Below are positions 1 to 7,722 of a DNA stretch of 43,069 nt, piece by piece. A model generated the notes under the pieces. It was not told where the DNA came from. It was given only the letters and a program-made list of their open reading frames with translations, and made no database searches. Location of the stretch: assembly GCA_964485845.1 (NCBI GenBank), contig CAZAKP010000003.1, positions 1-43,069 of the forward strand. The letters run 5' to 3'. Numbering within the stretch: the stretch's first letter is position 1; each line of letters starts with the position of its first letter. A program made the translations under genes and the position numbers. This DNA comes from an uncultured bacterium. GTDB lineage: Bacteria; Hydrothermota; Tepidihabitantia; Tepidihabitantales; Tepidihabitantaceae.

Positions 1-213
1 CCTTCCGCCGGTGTCTTGTCCCGGCAGTACTGGGACCGCGCGCCGGAGTCGCAGATACCGGCGCAGGCGTTCATGGTTGCCCTTCAGGGTGTCAAGAGTC
101 AGATATTCCGCCGGGGCCACGGCTCCGGGCGTCGATTGGAGATTGGACATGAGCGCTGCCCCATCCCAGAATAAACCCAAAAGGCGACAGCCGCGCAACG
201 CCTTGCTAGGGAT

Positions 214-822
214 GTGGCTTGCCTCGTCCGCGGAAGGTTCATGAGCCGTACACGGTGCCTTTCCTCGATCCCTGCTTCAGAGGCATTCCGGCCATTCTTC
301 ATGGTGCCGAAGGCCATCTACAAGAGGCATCTCCTGAAGTACGCAACGCCCGCCGAGACGCTCGTCTTCTTCGCGCTTCTCCACTTCCGTTGGGGCGATA
401 CGATGGAGGCGTTCGTCGGCGTAGAGAAGCTGGCTCAAACAACGCATCTGAACCCAAGCACGGTGATGAAGGCAACCAAAGGACTTGCCGAGATTGGGCT
501 GATTGCGAAACGTGGGAGAACCGACGAGCGAGAGTTGCGATATGAGTTGCTGCCATACGGCTCAGACCCTCCACCCAACAGTGCGGAAATCGTGATCAGA
601 AGAACCAGACGGGCGAGGCGCAAGCCGTCCCATGATGCCAGTGGCCACTTTCGGTGGCAATCAGACGAATCCCCAGGGCCGACAAGTTCTGCCGCGTCGC
701 GCGCCTGCCCACAAGGAGAGACAGACACGTCCAGTGGGAATGGACACCCAAACTCCAGTGAGACTGGAGTCCAGAACTCCAGTACCAGTGGACACCATAG
801 AGAAGTACTCCAGAAGCAATGA
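214..822 (+). CDS. Helix-turn-helix protein, HTH_36 / phage-plasmid replication-initiator-like
   Basis: Translation contains FFMVPKAIYKRHLLKYATPAETLVFFALLHF...VGVEKLAQTTHLNPSTVMKATKGLAEIGLIAKR, a winged-helix pattern. The C-terminal half is low complexity. Start is uncertain (GTG 214, ATG 241 or ATG 301). Confidence 0.5.
   Translation: MACLVRGRFMSRTRCLSSIPASEAFRPFFMVPKAIYKRHLLKYATPAETLVFFALLHFRWGDTMEAFVGVEKLAQTTHLNPSTVMKATKGLAEIGLIAKRGRTDERELRYELLPYGSDPPPNSAEIVIRRTRRARRKPSHDASGHFRWQSDESPGPTSSAASRACPQGETDTSSGNGHPNSSETGVQNSSTSGHHREVLQKQ
731..813. repeat. Iteron-like short repeat cluster (ACTCCAGT x4 including one inverted copy; CCAGTGG..GACACC x2)
   Basis: ACTCCAGT occurs at 752-759 and 776-783, and as ACTCCAG at 807-813. 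Its inverted copy ACTGGAGT is at 763-770, forming an 8-bp palindrome with a 3-nt spacer. CCAGTGGGAATGGACACC is at 731-748 and CCAGTGGACACC at 785-796. Confidence 0.6.
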
Positions 823-837
823 AGACGTACAGAGGCT

Positions 838-1314
838 TTGATGAGAGAACAGTGTACTAGAGAGAGTAAGATAAGCTGCTGTTCTCCATGCATTCGGGAG
901 AGAGAGCGACTGAAGGACGTCCAGAGGACTTCACGCTGCTCGCTCACGGAGGGTTGCGGCGCTCCGATCTGCCCTTTGTCGCCTGCTGGTGTGTGGTTTG
1001 CCGACGAACCCGTCTGCCGCAGCCGGAAGCACGGCGCTGGGGTTCGTTGGGTGAAGGTACAACGACGAATTGCGCGGCTGACGCAGGCTGTCGGTTACTT
1101 CACGCAGGCCGACCTTGAGCGCATCAGAAAGGTGAGGCGCGGAATTCGGGGCAGGAACCCGGACGCCGACCGTCGCCAGAATGCCGGAGCGCAGCACGGC
1201 ACGGTATCGAGAGGCGGGGTTCTACGGGCCTATGCCCGAAGTCTGGACTCCAAACCCATGACTGAGACGAACCGAGAGGCGGACGTCCTCTCGTCGCCTA
1301 TGCAGAGTGCCTGA
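838..1314 (+). CDS. Hypothetical protein of the integrated element (Cys-rich N-terminus)
   Basis: 158-codon ORF with an AGAGG motif 5-6 nt upstream of the ATG. No recognisable family. Confidence 0.3.
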   Translation: MMREQCTRESKISCCSPCIRERERLKDVQRTSRCSLTEGCGAPICPLSPAGVWFADEPVCRSRKHGAGVRWVKVQRRIARLTQAVGYFTQADLERIRKVRRGIRGRNPDADRRQNAGAQHGTVSRGGVLRAYARSLDSKPMTETNREADVLSSPMQSA

Positions 1315-1383
1315 CCGATGTACGGTCTTGACATGGTTCGAATCTCTTGAGAGCCTATGCCGTCTAAAAGGAAAGGAGTTACC

Positions 1384-2463
1384 ATGCGGCTATACCGACG
1401 TGGTGACTCTCAGTATCTTGATCTGGGCGTGATAGACGGCAAAAGGGTACGACTGAGCACCGAACGACTGCTGAAGCTGATTCAGCTTCATGGGTTGCTT
1501 GGTGCGAGAGTGCAAAGGCCAATCGGCATCGAGAAGGCGATGCGGGAGTACATGCAGCGTTGCAGTAACGGAACCGAGAACCGGCACGGCAAACCGAAGT
1601 CAGCTTCTCAGGCCAAGCGCGATAGGCAGGTTCTGACTCGGCTGGCGGCGGAGTTCGCCGGGCGCGAGGTCCACGAAGTGAGCGGCACTGACCTGCGCAG
1701 CTACGTCGCGAGGAGAAGCCTTGAGCGTTGCCCGATAAAGGGCACGACCATCAAGGTCTCGACGATGAACCGCGAGGTGTCCGTGCTCAAGAGCTTCTTC
1801 GGTTTCTGCGTCCGCGAGCAGCACTGCAATGAGAATCCCGCAGCCGACTTGAAGCAGAGGGCCGAGCACAACGAGAGAAGGTCATGGGCCGCTTCGGAAT
1901 CAGAGCTTGCGCGATGGCGCGAGCAGTTGGACGGAACCGAGCGCGACATCTTCGACACCCTGGTGGGAACGACCATGCGCGTCGGCGAAGTCCTGCGGCT
2001 GAAGCCGTGCGACTATGATCCGGTGCATCGTACTCTCCTCGTGGCACAGCCGAAGGAGCAGCGTCCCGCAGAAGTGCCGGTCAACAACCACGTTCGGGCC
2101 ATCATCGAGGCCCGGCTTGGTGGGGAATGGCTCTTCCCGTCAGGGCGCGGCAGGCCGTACACCGTGAGCGGAATCCGCAGCCTGCTCTACCGGGCGCGAG
2201 ACCGCGCCGGGCTTCGCAGGTTCACGGTGCACGACCTCAGACGCTCGGCCGCGACCGCCATGCTCGACGCAGGCGTGGACCCGAGACGAGTGCAGGCCGT
2301 GCTCAGGCATCGGAACCTGAACACGACCATGCGGTATCTCGGGATTCGCGCCGAGGGACTGAGCCAGGCAGTCGAAGCCATCAGCGGACTCGGACTGGCA
2401 CAAACGCGGCACAGCCCGGAACCGGACTCTCTGCAAGTGCCCGAATCTGCGCAAGTAGCATGA
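1384..2463 (+). CDS. Tyrosine recombinase / phage-type integrase
   Basis: The C-terminal catalytic region reads ...FTVHDLRRSAATAMLDAGVDPRRVQAVLRHRNLNTTMRYL, giving the R..HxxR..Y signature. AAGGAG lies 6 nt upstream of ATG 1384; the ORF track starts at 1357. Confidence 0.9.
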   Translation: MRLYRRGDSQYLDLGVIDGKRVRLSTERLLKLIQLHGLLGARVQRPIGIEKAMREYMQRCSNGTENRHGKPKSASQAKRDRQVLTRLAAEFAGREVHEVSGTDLRSYVARRSLERCPIKGTTIKVSTMNREVSVLKSFFGFCVREQHCNENPAADLKQRAEHNERRSWAASESELARWREQLDGTERDIFDTLVGTTMRVGEVLRLKPCDYDPVHRTLLVAQPKEQRPAEVPVNNHVRAIIEARLGGEWLFPSGRGRPYTVSGIRSLLYRARDRAGLRRFTVHDLRRSAATAMLDAGVDPRRVQAVLRHRNLNTTMRYLGIRAEGLSQAVEAISGLGLAQTRHSPEPDSLQVPESAQVA

Positions 2464-2470
2464 CCTGAGC

Positions 2471-2515
2471 ACCGGTTTAGAAATCCGATGCTCTGTCCAT
2501 CTGAGCTACAGGCGC
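2471..2515 (-). pseudogene. Truncated tRNA-Arg(TCT): 5' portion only (acceptor 5' strand, D arm, anticodon arm)
   Basis: The reverse complement reads GCGCCTG TA GCTC AGATGGACA GAGC A TCGGA TTTCTAA ACCGG. Continuing into 2440-2470 there is no T arm (no TTCGA) and no CAGGCGC acceptor complement. Confidence 0.65.
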
Positions 2516-2614
2516 GAACGGAACAGGGATCGAGTGGTCCAGGGATCGGGTGCCGGCGCAGGACGCAGGCCTGGGCCCCAATCGCTGACCCCTAGCCCTT
2601 CGTCCCTCTGCCAG

Positions 2615-2689
2615 TCGGGGAGACTGGATTTGAACCAGCGGCCCCCACGTCCCAAGCGTGGTGCGCTAACCGGGCTGCGCTACTCCCCG
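2615..2689 (-). tRNA. tRNA-Pro (anticodon TGG)
   Basis: The reverse complement folds as CGGGGAG TA GCGC AGCCCGGTTA GCGC A CCACG CTTGGGA CGTGG GGGCC GCTGG TTCAAAT CCAGT CTCCCCG A. All four stems pair. CCA is not encoded. Confidence 0.9.
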
Positions 2690-2770
2690 GAAGAACGAGT
2701 GCTCAAGTGGTCGTCTGGTCCAGTGGTCAAGTGACAAACCACAGGCCATCGGCCGCAGTCACTCGGCGTT

Positions 2771-2799
2771 AATATAGGCGGGATTCGAACAGAAGTCAA
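2771..2799 (-). promoter_or_regulatory. Sigma70-type promoter upstream of tRNA-Pro
   Basis: The minus strand reads TTGACT-N17-TATATT (-35 at 2794-2799, -10 at 2771-2776), about 80 nt upstream of the tRNA 5' end. Confidence 0.5.
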
Positions 2800-2841
2800 T
2801 TCACGGCCAACTGTCAGTCCGAATCGACGGCCGAGACAAGA

Positions 2842-4023
2842 TTAATGTCGGGACCGACGTGGCGGGCGTTCTATGTGCCAATCGGTCAGTAGGTCGTTGG
2901 CGCTTGCGACGACACGTTTACCTGCAAGCAGCTTCACGAACGTCCGGTTCCGAGTTCTGAAACAGGCGAGTCTCGGCTTTCGACAATTCGGGAGCAGGTG
3001 ATAGGGCGGCACAGGACAGAGGCGGCGGCCGCACCCGCGAGCGGAGTGCTGGCTCAGTCGCCCGGGTTCTGCTGCGGAATCCGACGGTGCAGCATTCCTC
3101 TGCGCGAGAACCCGGCCGGGCGATAGCACTCGTTCGATCTCGTGCCAGAACTGCCCGGTCAGGCTGATGCTAAGCCGATACGACGGAACCGCATCGCCAA
3201 GAGCCCAGGCTGCCTGCAGGTACTTCCGGCAGAGGGCCCGGTTGGCAGAGCCCTCCGGGTTGAACATGACCTTTCTGCCAAGCTGAAAGGCCGATTCCAC
3301 TATCAAGGCAGTGGCGGGCGTGGTCGTGACCGGCTCGGCCCGGTCCGCTGATGATTGCTTGAGAAACAGCATGGCCTTGAGGGGCACGGCCTGCTCCACC
3401 GGCCATGATTCGGTCGGGGCCAGCCCATGCAGACGGCTCCAGGTCGGCCAGGGATGGGCCCAGTAACGGCCGTGCACATCGCGCACAACCAAGGTGCAGT
3501 CGTCAGAGAGCGAGCGCCAGGGGCATGGCAGGCGCCGGCTGGCAGTGGTTTTGCCGGCTCCGCTGGGGCCGGCGAGCAGGAAGCCAGCCCCGTCGTGCAA
3601 GGCAAGGGCACCGTGCAGCAGAATTCCTTTTCGAGCAAGCGAATCGGCTGCGACGGCTGAGGCGACACGCTCCATCCTGATTGTCTCGGTGCGTCGGTCC
3701 CGGGTCGGTCCCAGGCGGCAGACAAAACGAGGGCTGGTAGTCCGGCGCGTGCCGCCGGCTTTATCGAAGCCTGATGCCACGTATAACACGCGCCCGCCTT
3801 GCGCCGGGTCGAGCCGCATCACCCGGCCCAAAGTCTCCACCGTCGCTTTTGACTGCTCGTCCAGTGCCCGAATCACCCATCGCTGCCCGTCGGCTAAAGC
3901 AATCCCGAGGTTGGGCGAAGCCGAATACGGCCGAGTCTTGAGCTTCAAGGGCAGAATTCTAGGTGAGCACGCTGGCGAGTCAATGGGCGGCCGATGTCTC
4001 CGGTACTGGATGAAGTACCGCAT
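2842..4023 (-). CDS. Divergent HprK-fold P-loop kinase-like protein (HPr kinase C-terminal-domain-like)
   Basis: The motif GILLHGALALHDGAGFLLAGPSGAGKTTASRRL...SLSDDCTLV resembles the HPr-kinase C-terminal domain with Walker A. It is clearly distinct from the canonical hprK at 15958-16929. ATG 4023 is preferred over TTG 4068. The last ~100 aa are low complexity and Cys-containing. Confidence 0.7.
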   Translation of the reverse strand: MRYFIQYRRHRPPIDSPACSPRILPLKLKTRPYSASPNLGIALADGQRWVIRALDEQSKATVETLGRVMRLDPAQGGRVLYVASGFDKAGGTRRTTSPRFVCRLGPTRDRRTETIRMERVASAVAADSLARKGILLHGALALHDGAGFLLAGPSGAGKTTASRRLPCPWRSLSDDCTLVVRDVHGRYWAHPWPTWSRLHGLAPTESWPVEQAVPLKAMLFLKQSSADRAEPVTTTPATALIVESAFQLGRKVMFNPEGSANRALCRKYLQAAWALGDAVPSYRLSISLTGQFWHEIERVLSPGRVLAQRNAAPSDSAAEPGRLSQHSARGCGRRLCPVPPYHLLPNCRKPRLACFRTRNRTFVKLLAGKRVVASANDLLTDWHIERPPRRSRH

Positions 4024-4143
4024 AGCTCCATCTTCCGGTGGACGCCCGAATCCGACGGCTCGGACCAAAGAAGGAGGCGGGGTCCGGGACCGGATCCCGC
4101 CCGCTCTCCCAGACGGATTGGGTGCCCTGACCCTTGGACGCGC

Positions 4144-6714
4144 CTACTCGATAATGACCTTGGTTGTCTTGATGTCGTCGTCGCCCACGAGCTTGACAAA
4201 GTAGACGCCGGGGTTCAAGCCGTTCGCGTCGAGCCGCGCGGTATTCGTGCCCTCCCGGTAGCCTGCAGTTGCCAGGGGCCTTACGAGCCTGCCGACCGCA
4301 TTGTAGAGGTTTATGTTGACCTTGCATGCCCGCACCAGGGTGTAGGTCAGAAGTCCATGACCACGGAGCGGGTTCGACGACAGGCTGACACGGTTGACGG
4401 CCGCGCCGGGCACCGGTGGCCTGCCTGACTTGAAGTCGATCGGGAAACCGATCCCGGCGACCTCGTCGACGAGCCAGCCGTGGCCGACAATTTCGTCGTC
4501 ATCGGAGGCAAAGTTCCAGCGGACTTTCATGTAGTCGCCGCTTGACACCGGAATTGTGAAAACCGACTGCCGCCAGCCGGATGAGTTGCCGGACCAGCCC
4601 GATGCCCCAAGGGCGATGACCGTACCTTCATAGGTTTGGCCGCTCGATGGAGAAAGCACGCCCCCATCGGTCCAACTGCTGCCATTGTTGGTTGAGTACA
4701 GGTACGAGATGTTACCGCCATCATGGCCGGCCTGGGTGTTGTAGTTGTGCTGGAACGCGATCGCCGGATTGGACTGTGTCACCTCGAATGCCGGTGACGT
4801 CAGTTGGGTATGTGTGTCGTAGTCGTAGTCCCCATCCCGGCCGACGCCCCAGATTGTTTCGTCCATCGGCGGAGGTGCCCAGCCGTTCCAGGTCAGTAGG
4901 CCCCAACTCCAGCCGCCGTCGGTCGACGCGCTGAACTCAGTGTGGTTGTCCTCGTCGAAAAAGTAGATGAAATCGCATCCCTGAAAAATCGCGGTGGCCC
5001 TGTCGTTGCCTGGTGTCACGTCGCCGGCTAGCATCGTCGTGCACTTGGATGTGAAGAGACCGCTCGAAAGCTCGAACGGATAGAACGTGACCACGCGAGT
5101 CTCGCCTGCCTTGAGTCCCCGCAATGTCTGAGTCTTCGAATAGACTTCCGATCCGCCTTTGGTGATGGTGAATGTCGCTTTGAATGAGCGCGGGCCATCG
5201 TTGTCAGCGTCGGCGTGAATCGAGGCCATGGGCGGGATACCCCAGCTCTTCCCGTACGTTTCATCGTTGAGGAAAGACGCCACCGGGCGTTCGATGCTGA
5301 GAGTGCTGATGTCACCGTCAAGCGGCAGAGTGTCCACGACGCGCGCCCAAATTCGATCGCAGCCATCGTAGTCGTACGAGCCGACCACGTCGGTAGGCGA
5401 GTGGTATACGACTATCGCCGTGCCCTCGGCGGGCCCGCAGGCAAGCGCGGGTTTCTGTGCATATCCTCTCGTCGATATGGTGAAGTCTGTTCCGCCCACT
5501 ATCCCGCCTTGCAGGTTGACCCGGCAGCCGAAGATGTCGTAGGTGTTGCCGTCACGGCTGTCATCCCAGGCGACGAAGTAGTCGATACCGTCGAAGGCGG
5601 CAGTTGGCTCCTGCTGAGCACCGGATGCGTTGCAGACCGTGAATTGGCTTTCATGGCTGCCGTCGGTATGAACAAGCTCGCCGTAGATGTTGTAGTCGCT
5701 TCCGGGCAGGTCTTGCCAGACGACGAGGTAGTTGGTGCCGTCAAAATCGATAGCAGGCAGAGGAAAACTGACTGCGGCGCTGGCGATTACTATTCCATCG
5801 GGGTCGGTGACTTCTCCGGTGCCGGCAACCCGCGCCCCGATGACGCCTCTGCTTCCGATCGAGTAGGAGTATTCCTCCCAGACGGCGAGGTAGTTGGCGC
5901 CGTCGGACGCGATCGATGGGTAGTCTGAATAGTAGTCCTCGTTGTAGCCAACAGGTATTGCGTTGGCCTCAATCGTCCCTTCATTGTTTACCAGCGCGCC
6001 GACGATGAGTGAATTGTAGTAGTCTTCAGTGTATTCATCCCAGGCTACGAGAAACTTGTCGCCATTGGAGGCGATCGAAACCTTGTAGTCACACAGACCG
6101 TTGCTCGAGATGGTGCTGGCTATGTTCGTGACTGTGCGGTTCGTGTCCACGAGTGCACCGTGGATGTTGCCGTCATCCCAGTCCATCCAAACGACGAGGT
6201 ACCTCGTGCCATCGAAAGCGACCGCCGGACCTGCGCGGTCATGGTCCGGTGTGCTGGGCGAGATCCGAAAGCTGCTTTGGTCGACGAGCGAACCATCAGC
6301 TTTGACTCGCGTTCCGCGTATTTCGTACGTGCCCATGTCATTCTCCATATACCAGACCACGAGGTAGTTGAGGCCGTCAAAGGCCACGGCGGCATCCGAC
6401 TGATCGACAGGGTAGTCGTTCCAGTATAGGGAATCGGGCGCAGGCATGAACTCAGCGCCGAATGGGCAAGTACCAAGTCTGCGCGGCGTCCCTGGGCGCC
6501 GTCCGGACATTGCCTGCCGGGGCGCCTTGTCGGCACTAAGCCATTGTCTAAGGGCTGTGTGCCGTGCTTCGGGACTGAGTTTTCTCAAACTCTGCAGGAA
6601 TTGCCGACGTTGGGCAGGGATGGTGCCGCGAATCGGCGAGTCTGCGCCAGGACCTGCGAAAGCGAAGGCGAGCAGGCCCGCGGCTGCAAGAAGCAAGAAC
6701 GATTTCTTCGACAT
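4144..6714 (-). CDS. Large secreted repeat protein with Por/T9SS type-A C-terminal sorting domain
   Basis: GGAGG lies 6 nt upstream of ATG 6714, followed by the signal peptide MSKKSFLLLAAAGLLAFAFA. There are about 6-7 modules of ~55 aa (AVAFDGxNYLVVWxD...IxGxRV). The C-terminus ...NLYNAVGRLV...GVYFVKLVGDDDIKTTKVIIE is typical of a T9SS CTD. Confidence 0.85.
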   Translation of the reverse strand: MSKKSFLLLAAAGLLAFAFAGPGADSPIRGTIPAQRRQFLQSLRKLSPEARHTALRQWLSADKAPRQAMSGRRPGTPRRLGTCPFGAEFMPAPDSLYWNDYPVDQSDAAVAFDGLNYLVVWYMENDMGTYEIRGTRVKADGSLVDQSSFRISPSTPDHDRAGPAVAFDGTRYLVVWMDWDDGNIHGALVDTNRTVTNIASTISSNGLCDYKVSIASNGDKFLVAWDEYTEDYYNSLIVGALVNNEGTIEANAIPVGYNEDYYSDYPSIASDGANYLAVWEEYSYSIGSRGVIGARVAGTGEVTDPDGIVIASAAVSFPLPAIDFDGTNYLVVWQDLPGSDYNIYGELVHTDGSHESQFTVCNASGAQQEPTAAFDGIDYFVAWDDSRDGNTYDIFGCRVNLQGGIVGGTDFTISTRGYAQKPALACGPAEGTAIVVYHSPTDVVGSYDYDGCDRIWARVVDTLPLDGDISTLSIERPVASFLNDETYGKSWGIPPMASIHADADNDGPRSFKATFTITKGGSEVYSKTQTLRGLKAGETRVVTFYPFELSSGLFTSKCTTMLAGDVTPGNDRATAIFQGCDFIYFFDEDNHTEFSASTDGGWSWGLLTWNGWAPPPMDETIWGVGRDGDYDYDTHTQLTSPAFEVTQSNPAIAFQHNYNTQAGHDGGNISYLYSTNNGSSWTDGGVLSPSSGQTYEGTVIALGASGWSGNSSGWRQSVFTIPVSSGDYMKVRWNFASDDDEIVGHGWLVDEVAGIGFPIDFKSGRPPVPGAAVNRVSLSSNPLRGHGLLTYTLVRACKVNINLYNAVGRLVRPLATAGYREGTNTARLDANGLNPGVYFVKLVGDDDIKTTKVIIE

Positions 6715-6730
6715 GGTCCTCCTTCCTTGT

Positions 6731-6925
6731 CTAGCTGGGCGATATCCCGGCTTGGCAACCACCGCTGGCTAGGTGGCCCGTGACGCAGGTACCCTGCCAC
6801 TTGTATTCTCGGTAGCCAGCGGCGCTGCCGTTAAGGCCGCATTCTCCGTATGCTCGGTCAGAATCGTGAAGGTGAACGGCTTGCGGAGATTCGTATTCCT
6901 TGCGTTTCCTGGGCTTTTCTTTCAT
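6731..6925 (-). CDS. Small ORF (64 aa), candidate modified-peptide precursor
   Basis: Translation: MKEKPRKRKEYESPQAVHLHDSDRAYGECGLNGSAAGYREYKWQGTCVTGHLASGGCQAGISPS. A strong SD is present (GGGAGGTAGCAAG ATG). The ORF fills the gap between the PqqD-like gene and the next gene on the same strand. Confidence 0.5.
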   Translation of the reverse strand: MKEKPRKRKEYESPQAVHLHDSDRAYGECGLNGSAAGYREYKWQGTCVTGHLASGGCQAGISPS

Positions 6926-7018
6926 CTTGCTACCTCCCGGTGAAGTTCATTTTTCTCGGTTCTTCGTCGGTCGCCAAGCTTCCATTGTTCCTTGTCATGG
7001 TGAGTCACGGGTCGCTAG

Positions 7019-7345
7019 TCATTTTCTGCCTCTTGTCGCCAGACGGGGGTTGCGTGCTGGTATTTCGTGGCCGACAAGACCCTCGTCCGCTAGCGTTCCG
7101 AGCAGCCGGGCAACGTCGTTCACCATGGAACCGGGCGCATCGGGATAGTGACGACGGACTCCGGCGACGATATCGCTGACCGTTCGTCTACCATCTGCAA
7201 GTCCCCAGATGAGGGCTCCGGGTGGACTTACCGCTACGGCCACGCCGGTATCAGGGTTGGCCAGCAGGCTCCAGCCATCCGACCTATTTTGGCAGATTGC
7301 GAGCGGGTTGGGGAATGGCCGCTCTGGCAGAGGCAGCGTAGACAC
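7019..7345 (-). CDS. PqqD-family protein (RiPP recognition element-like)
   Basis: ...SDGWSLLANPDTGVAVAVSPPGALIWGLADGRRTVSDIVAGVRRHYPDAPGSMVNDVARLLGTLADEGLV matches the PqqD pattern. Start is uncertain; GTG 7345 gives 108 aa. The ORF-track start at 7528 would add an Arg/Ser/Pro-rich stretch that does not look coding. Confidence 0.75.
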   Translation of the reverse strand: MSTLPLPERPFPNPLAICQNRSDGWSLLANPDTGVAVAVSPPGALIWGLADGRRTVSDIVAGVRRHYPDAPGSMVNDVARLLGTLADEGLVGHEIPARNPRLATRGRK

Positions 7346-7581
7346 GGAGGCCCTTCGGTGGGCGGAAAGGCAGGAGTGCCGAGCCGGCTCTCTGCTCTTC
7401 GACTTCACATTCCTTGCTGCGATGGTGGGCCTCCGATGAGCGAGAGTGTGCGGAAACGTCCTGGACTCGCCTTTGCGGCGAGCAGGAGAGGAAGACGCGG
7501 CTGCAATTGGTCGCAGTCCGCAGAGCACCTCAGTGTCAAACCCATAAACCGATGCAGGTCGACCTTCCGGGTCGCCTGGGC

Positions 7582-7689
7582 TCAGCCGCCCGCAGGCTTA
7601 GGGAGGACATTTTGCAGCTCCTGGCCCCGGAGCTGTTCGTGGGCTTTTGAGTCCGCGCGGGTCGAGACCCGCCGTAGTCCAGCGGTCAT
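7582..7689 (-). CDS. Possible 35-codon leader ORF at the 5' end of the PqqD operon
   Basis: Translation: MTAGLRRVSTRADSKAHEQLRGQELQNVLPKPAGG. GGGAG lies 4-5 nt upstream of the ATG, and the ATG is about 27 nt downstream of the predicted transcription start. There is no family assignment and it may not be translated. Confidence 0.25.
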   Translation of the reverse strand: MTAGLRRVSTRADSKAHEQLRGQELQNVLPKPAGG

Positions 7690-7722
7690 GTCGCTCCCTG
7701 GCTTAAGCCTTGAATTCTCTGT

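Larger units (their letters stand above)
1..2470 (+). mobile_element. Partial integrated element (integrase module); right end at a tRNA-Arg fragment, left end outside the window
   Basis: A tyrosine integrase, an HTH_36-like replication/regulator-type gene and iteron-like 8-mers lie directly left of a truncated tRNA-Arg. This is the usual layout of a tRNA-associated integration junction. Confidence 0.5.

Noticed and set aside
1-150. Minus-strand ORF starting at ATG 150 and running off the left edge (MSNLQSTPGAVAPAEYLTLDTLKGNHERLRRYL...)
   Set aside because: It could be a divergently transcribed regulator of the integrated element. However it has no clear SD, no recognisable motif and only 50 codons are visible, which is too little to call.
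2761-2800. GGCGGGATTCGAAC, which resembles a tRNA T arm on the minus strand
   Set aside because: No matching T-stem partner, acceptor stem or anticodon arm could be built. The segment is better explained as the 17-nt spacer of the TTGACT/TATATT promoter upstream of tRNA-Pro.
6926-7018. 22-codon mini-ORF (MTRNNGSLATDEEPRKMNFTGR) between the PqqD gene and the 64-aa ORF
   Set aside because: It has no SD, it overlaps the SD of the downstream ORF, and it is too short to assess.
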